Source: Mobula hypostoma
Taxonomy: Eukaryota
Reading direction: 5' to 3'
Assembly: GCF_963921235.1 (NCBI RefSeq)
Contig: NW_026948136.1
Location: 558,001-622,000 of the forward strand
DNA length: 64,000 bases
In this document: positions 60,900 to 64,000 of the stretch, piece by piece
Layout: every line of letters starts with the position of its first letter
Position numbering within the stretch: position 1 is the first letter of the stretch
Notes under the pieces: model-generated
Databases searched by the model: none
Told to the model about the DNA's origin: nothing
Seen by the model: only the letters and a program-made list of their open reading frames with translations
Made by a program: the position numbers and the translations under genes

Positions 60900-61210
60900 C
60901 ATATCTTCACTGGGGATCGGGCGATCAGCTGACTTACATGAGGCGTGAGTTCATGATCTGACCTGATAAATCGCCGGTGTGTTGACAGTACTGAGATCTC
61001 ATTCACACGTTCTCATTTTGGAAGGGATTCACTGGGCCATCTCACCTGCAAGGCCCCGGGAGAGGCCGTTCACTTGTTCCGTTTGTGGGAAGGGATGGGT
61101 TAAGGCATCCAGCCCGAAGACACATCAGTGAGTTCACGCCACAGAGAACCCGTTCACCTCTCTGACTGTGTGCAGGGTTTCATTCAGATATTCAACGTGT
61201 GAACACGTCA
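60900..61210 (+). pseudogene. ZNF pseudogene fragment
   Basis: [13 protein letters not shown]-like remnant; inverted paralog of ~27280-27600. Confidence 0.8.
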
Positions 61211-61599
61211 GAAAATTGTTGTAATACTGTACACCCCAATTCTCTAACGTCAGAGAGCAGACTGGAGAACAATTGGATTGATGCCCAGTGAATCAGGGTT
61301 CAGAACCAAAGAGTTTTCAGCGCAGGGCAGGGCTTTGAGAGTCCAGAAGTGCTGGGGCGAAGAGTGTGGTGTGTGTGTGTGTGTGTGTGTGTGGGGGGGG
61401 GGGAATAATTGGGAGGAAGAGGTAGAAGTCAGAAAAGGGGGACATGGCAACAATGTAAGATCACCGTTTGGAAGCTGATTCGATGAAAACATATTTCTGC
61501 ATCTGTGTGTGTTAACTTCCACTTCGACACGGAATGATTGTTGATATTGAGGCTACTTTTTTATGGGAGCTTTCTGGTTTAAAGCAGCTGCTGAGTTCT

Positions 61600-62135
61600 C
61601 CACATAAAAACGTTGACTGTATTTAAGACATGTTGCAGAGGTGAGCAGACATTTCCAACAGTACTTTTCCAGAAATCCCCGCACTTCGGAATTCGCCGTC
61701 GGGGAATTGCGGGTGGAGTGCGCAGGCGCTGAGAGGAAGACGGGCTGGCCCGAAGACTGCGCATGCGCTCAGTGGACGAAAGGCTCCCGTCCGGAGGATC
61801 CAGTAGGTACGGGTTTTGGGGCGGCGGTGTCATCGGGATTGGGCCCTTCTGTCCGAGTGAGGTACAAGCTATTCAGAAAACACTGCATCTCTACAGCCTG
61901 GGACTGGCCAGCCCTGCCCCCCACCCCATAATCGGCACCCGGGCCCCGGGGAATTTCTGGCTTATAAACAAAATAGCTAGCGCCATTTCCGCTGTGTGTA
62001 CGTCTCCCCGGGGCCAGGATGGGCAGATGGGTTTCTGGGTTCGGAGACAGTCGTGGCTGATATCTCCAGCGCTTTCTCCGCCAATCCGCAGGGCGTGTTT
62101 GCAAGCGCAGACGGAGCGAATGGGAGCCGGTCGAT
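61600..62135 (+). promoter_or_regulatory. CpG-island promoter and first exon of a third ZNF-type gene running off the right edge
   Basis: GCGCATGCGC 61759-61768, GAG|GTACAAG at 61861, CGCCATTT near 61981; reverse complement of 55930-56460. Confidence 0.72.
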
Positions 62136-62136
62136 C

Positions 62137-64000
62137 TCAAAGTTCAAAGTAAAATTTATCACGTACGTACCCTGCGATTCGTTTTTACTGCGGGCACAGT
62201 CAGCGGTCTATAGAATAGTAACTGTAAGCAGGATCAGTGACAGAGCAAGCGCATAGAAGATAATAAACTGTTGAGATGCAAATATAAACAAATAGCAATT
62301 AATATAGAGAGTATGAAGTAAAAAAGATAGAGGGTCCTTAAAGTGAGATCGTTGGTTGTGGGAACACCTCAATAGATGAGTATAATTGTCCCCTTTTGTT
62401 CAAGAATATGATGGTTGAGGGGTAGTAACTGTGCTTGAACCTGGTGGTCCGAGCCCTGAGGCACCTGTACCTTTTGCCTGATGGAACAGCAAGAAGGAAC
62501 CATGGCCTGGGTGGCGAGGAGCTCTGATGATGGACGCTGCTTTCCTATGATATTGTTTCATGTAGATGTCCTCAGTGGTTGGGAGGGCTTTACCGGGCTG
62601 AATCCACTACTTTTTGTAGGATTTTCTGCTCAGAGGCATTGGCGTTCCCATACCAGGCCATAATGCCGCCAGTCAGCACACTTTCCACTACATGGCTATA
62701 GTGGTCAAGGTTTTTGATGTCATGCTGAATCTTGCAGCTGTCTAAGGAAGAAGAGGTGTGTGCTTTCCGTACAATTACATTTATATGATGAGTCCAGGCC
62801 AGGGTCTCTGAGATAGTGACACCCAGGGATTTAAAGTTGCTGACTCTGCCCACCTCCGATCCTCCAATGATTCCTGGCTCATGGACCTCTGGTTTCCCTC
62901 TCCTTAAGTCTACAATCTGTTCCTTGGTCTTGCCGGCATTGAGTGAGAGGTTGTTGTTACTACATCACTGAGCCAAATTTTCAATCTCCCTCCTGTGTGC
63001 TGATTTGTCACCACCTTCGATATGGCCCACGACAGCGGTGTCATCAGCAAACTTGTATATGGTGTTGGATCTGTACTCAGCCACGCAGTCACAGCTGTAA
63101 AGGGAGTAGAGCAGGGGGCTAAGCACACATGCGAAGCATCTGTGCTGATGCAGATTGTGGAGGAGATGCTGTTGCAAATCTGAACCGTTTAGGGTCTTCA
63201 GGGTCCAATTGCAGAATGGGATATTGAGGCCAATGTCTTGGGGTTCCCTGATTAGTTTCAATGTGATGATTGTATTAAATGCTGAGCTGTAGTCGATAAA
63301 GAGCATCCTGATGTATGCATCTTTGCTGTCCAGGTGTCCCAGGGTTGTGTGAAGAGCCAAAGAGATGCATCTGCTGTCGACCTGTTTGCTCTGGTAGGCA
63401 AACTGGAGCAGATCCAATTCACCACTCAGACAGGAGCTGATATGCTTTGACACCAGCCTTTGAAAATACTTCCATCACTGTGGTTGAGAGTGGCACTGGG
63501 CAATAGTCATTTAGACGGGTTACCATGCTCTTCTTGGGCACTGGCATGATTGAAGCCCACTGAAAGCAGTTGGGTACCACTGCTGTAGAGGGAGGCTGAA
63601 GATATCCGTGAACACACCAGCCAGTTGGTCAGCACAGGTCTTCAGTACTCAGCCAGGTACTCTATCTGGACCAGATGCTTTCCTTGGATTCACTCTCTTG
63701 AAGGCAGACTGCACATCATCTTCAGATACTAGGACCAAAAGATCATCAGAAGCTGCAGAAGTGCGCAATGGTTCCTCCCTGTTCTGTTGGTCAAAGCGAG
63801 CATAGAAGGTATTGAGCTTATCTGGAAACGAGCCCTGCTGGCCCCTGTGTTACCTAATTTAATTTAAGGTTATGGCATTCAAACTCTGCCACAACTGTCC
63901 AGCATCCCTCATTGATTCCAGTCTAGTCCAGAAACTCCACTTCACTCGTGAGATGGCTTTCTGGAGATCATACCTACACCAGTTATAGTATTCTTGATCT
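62137..64000 (-). mobile_element. Rex1/Babar LINE in intron 1 of unit 3 (same insertion site as 54250-55927)
   Basis: LLQFAY, RMLFIDYSSAFNTI, KFADDTAVVG; tail and flank match 55780-55945 in reverse. Confidence 0.9.

Overview
Eukaryotic, repeat-dense DNA, not prokaryotic. The repeat mix (CR1, Rex1/Babar, RTE, L2, Penelope-like elements with hammerhead motifs, V-SINEs) and the style of the zinc-finger genes suggest a cartilaginous fish, probably a ray (inference). The window is part of a tandem C2H2 zinc-finger (ZNF) cluster built by segmental duplication. It holds two intact minus-strand arrays (11 fingers at 23245-24207; 19 fingers at 47986-49620) with no recognisable KRAB/SCAN/BTB domain. 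It also holds three paralogous NRF1/YY1 CpG-island promoters (two minus, one plus, whose gene runs off the right end) and four decayed ZNF pseudo-exons. The rest is mostly nested TE relics, several with exact TSDs, plus a 380-nt N gap. Best candidate for an undescribed system: downstream of each ZNF gene lies the same well-conserved module, a CCAAT/TATA promoter-like element facing back through a ZNF pseudo-exon towards the gene, i.e. a possible antisense/small-RNA regulator duplicated with the gene. Other leads: a ~420-bp TE-chimeric element far better conserved than its flanks, a decayed mucin-like glycoprotein ORF of possible viral origin, a minisatellite of metal-response-element cores between two divergent ZNF promoters, two long hairpins, and a cryptic G-rich repeat family. 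All identities were judged by eye, and TE boundaries without a TSD are approximate.
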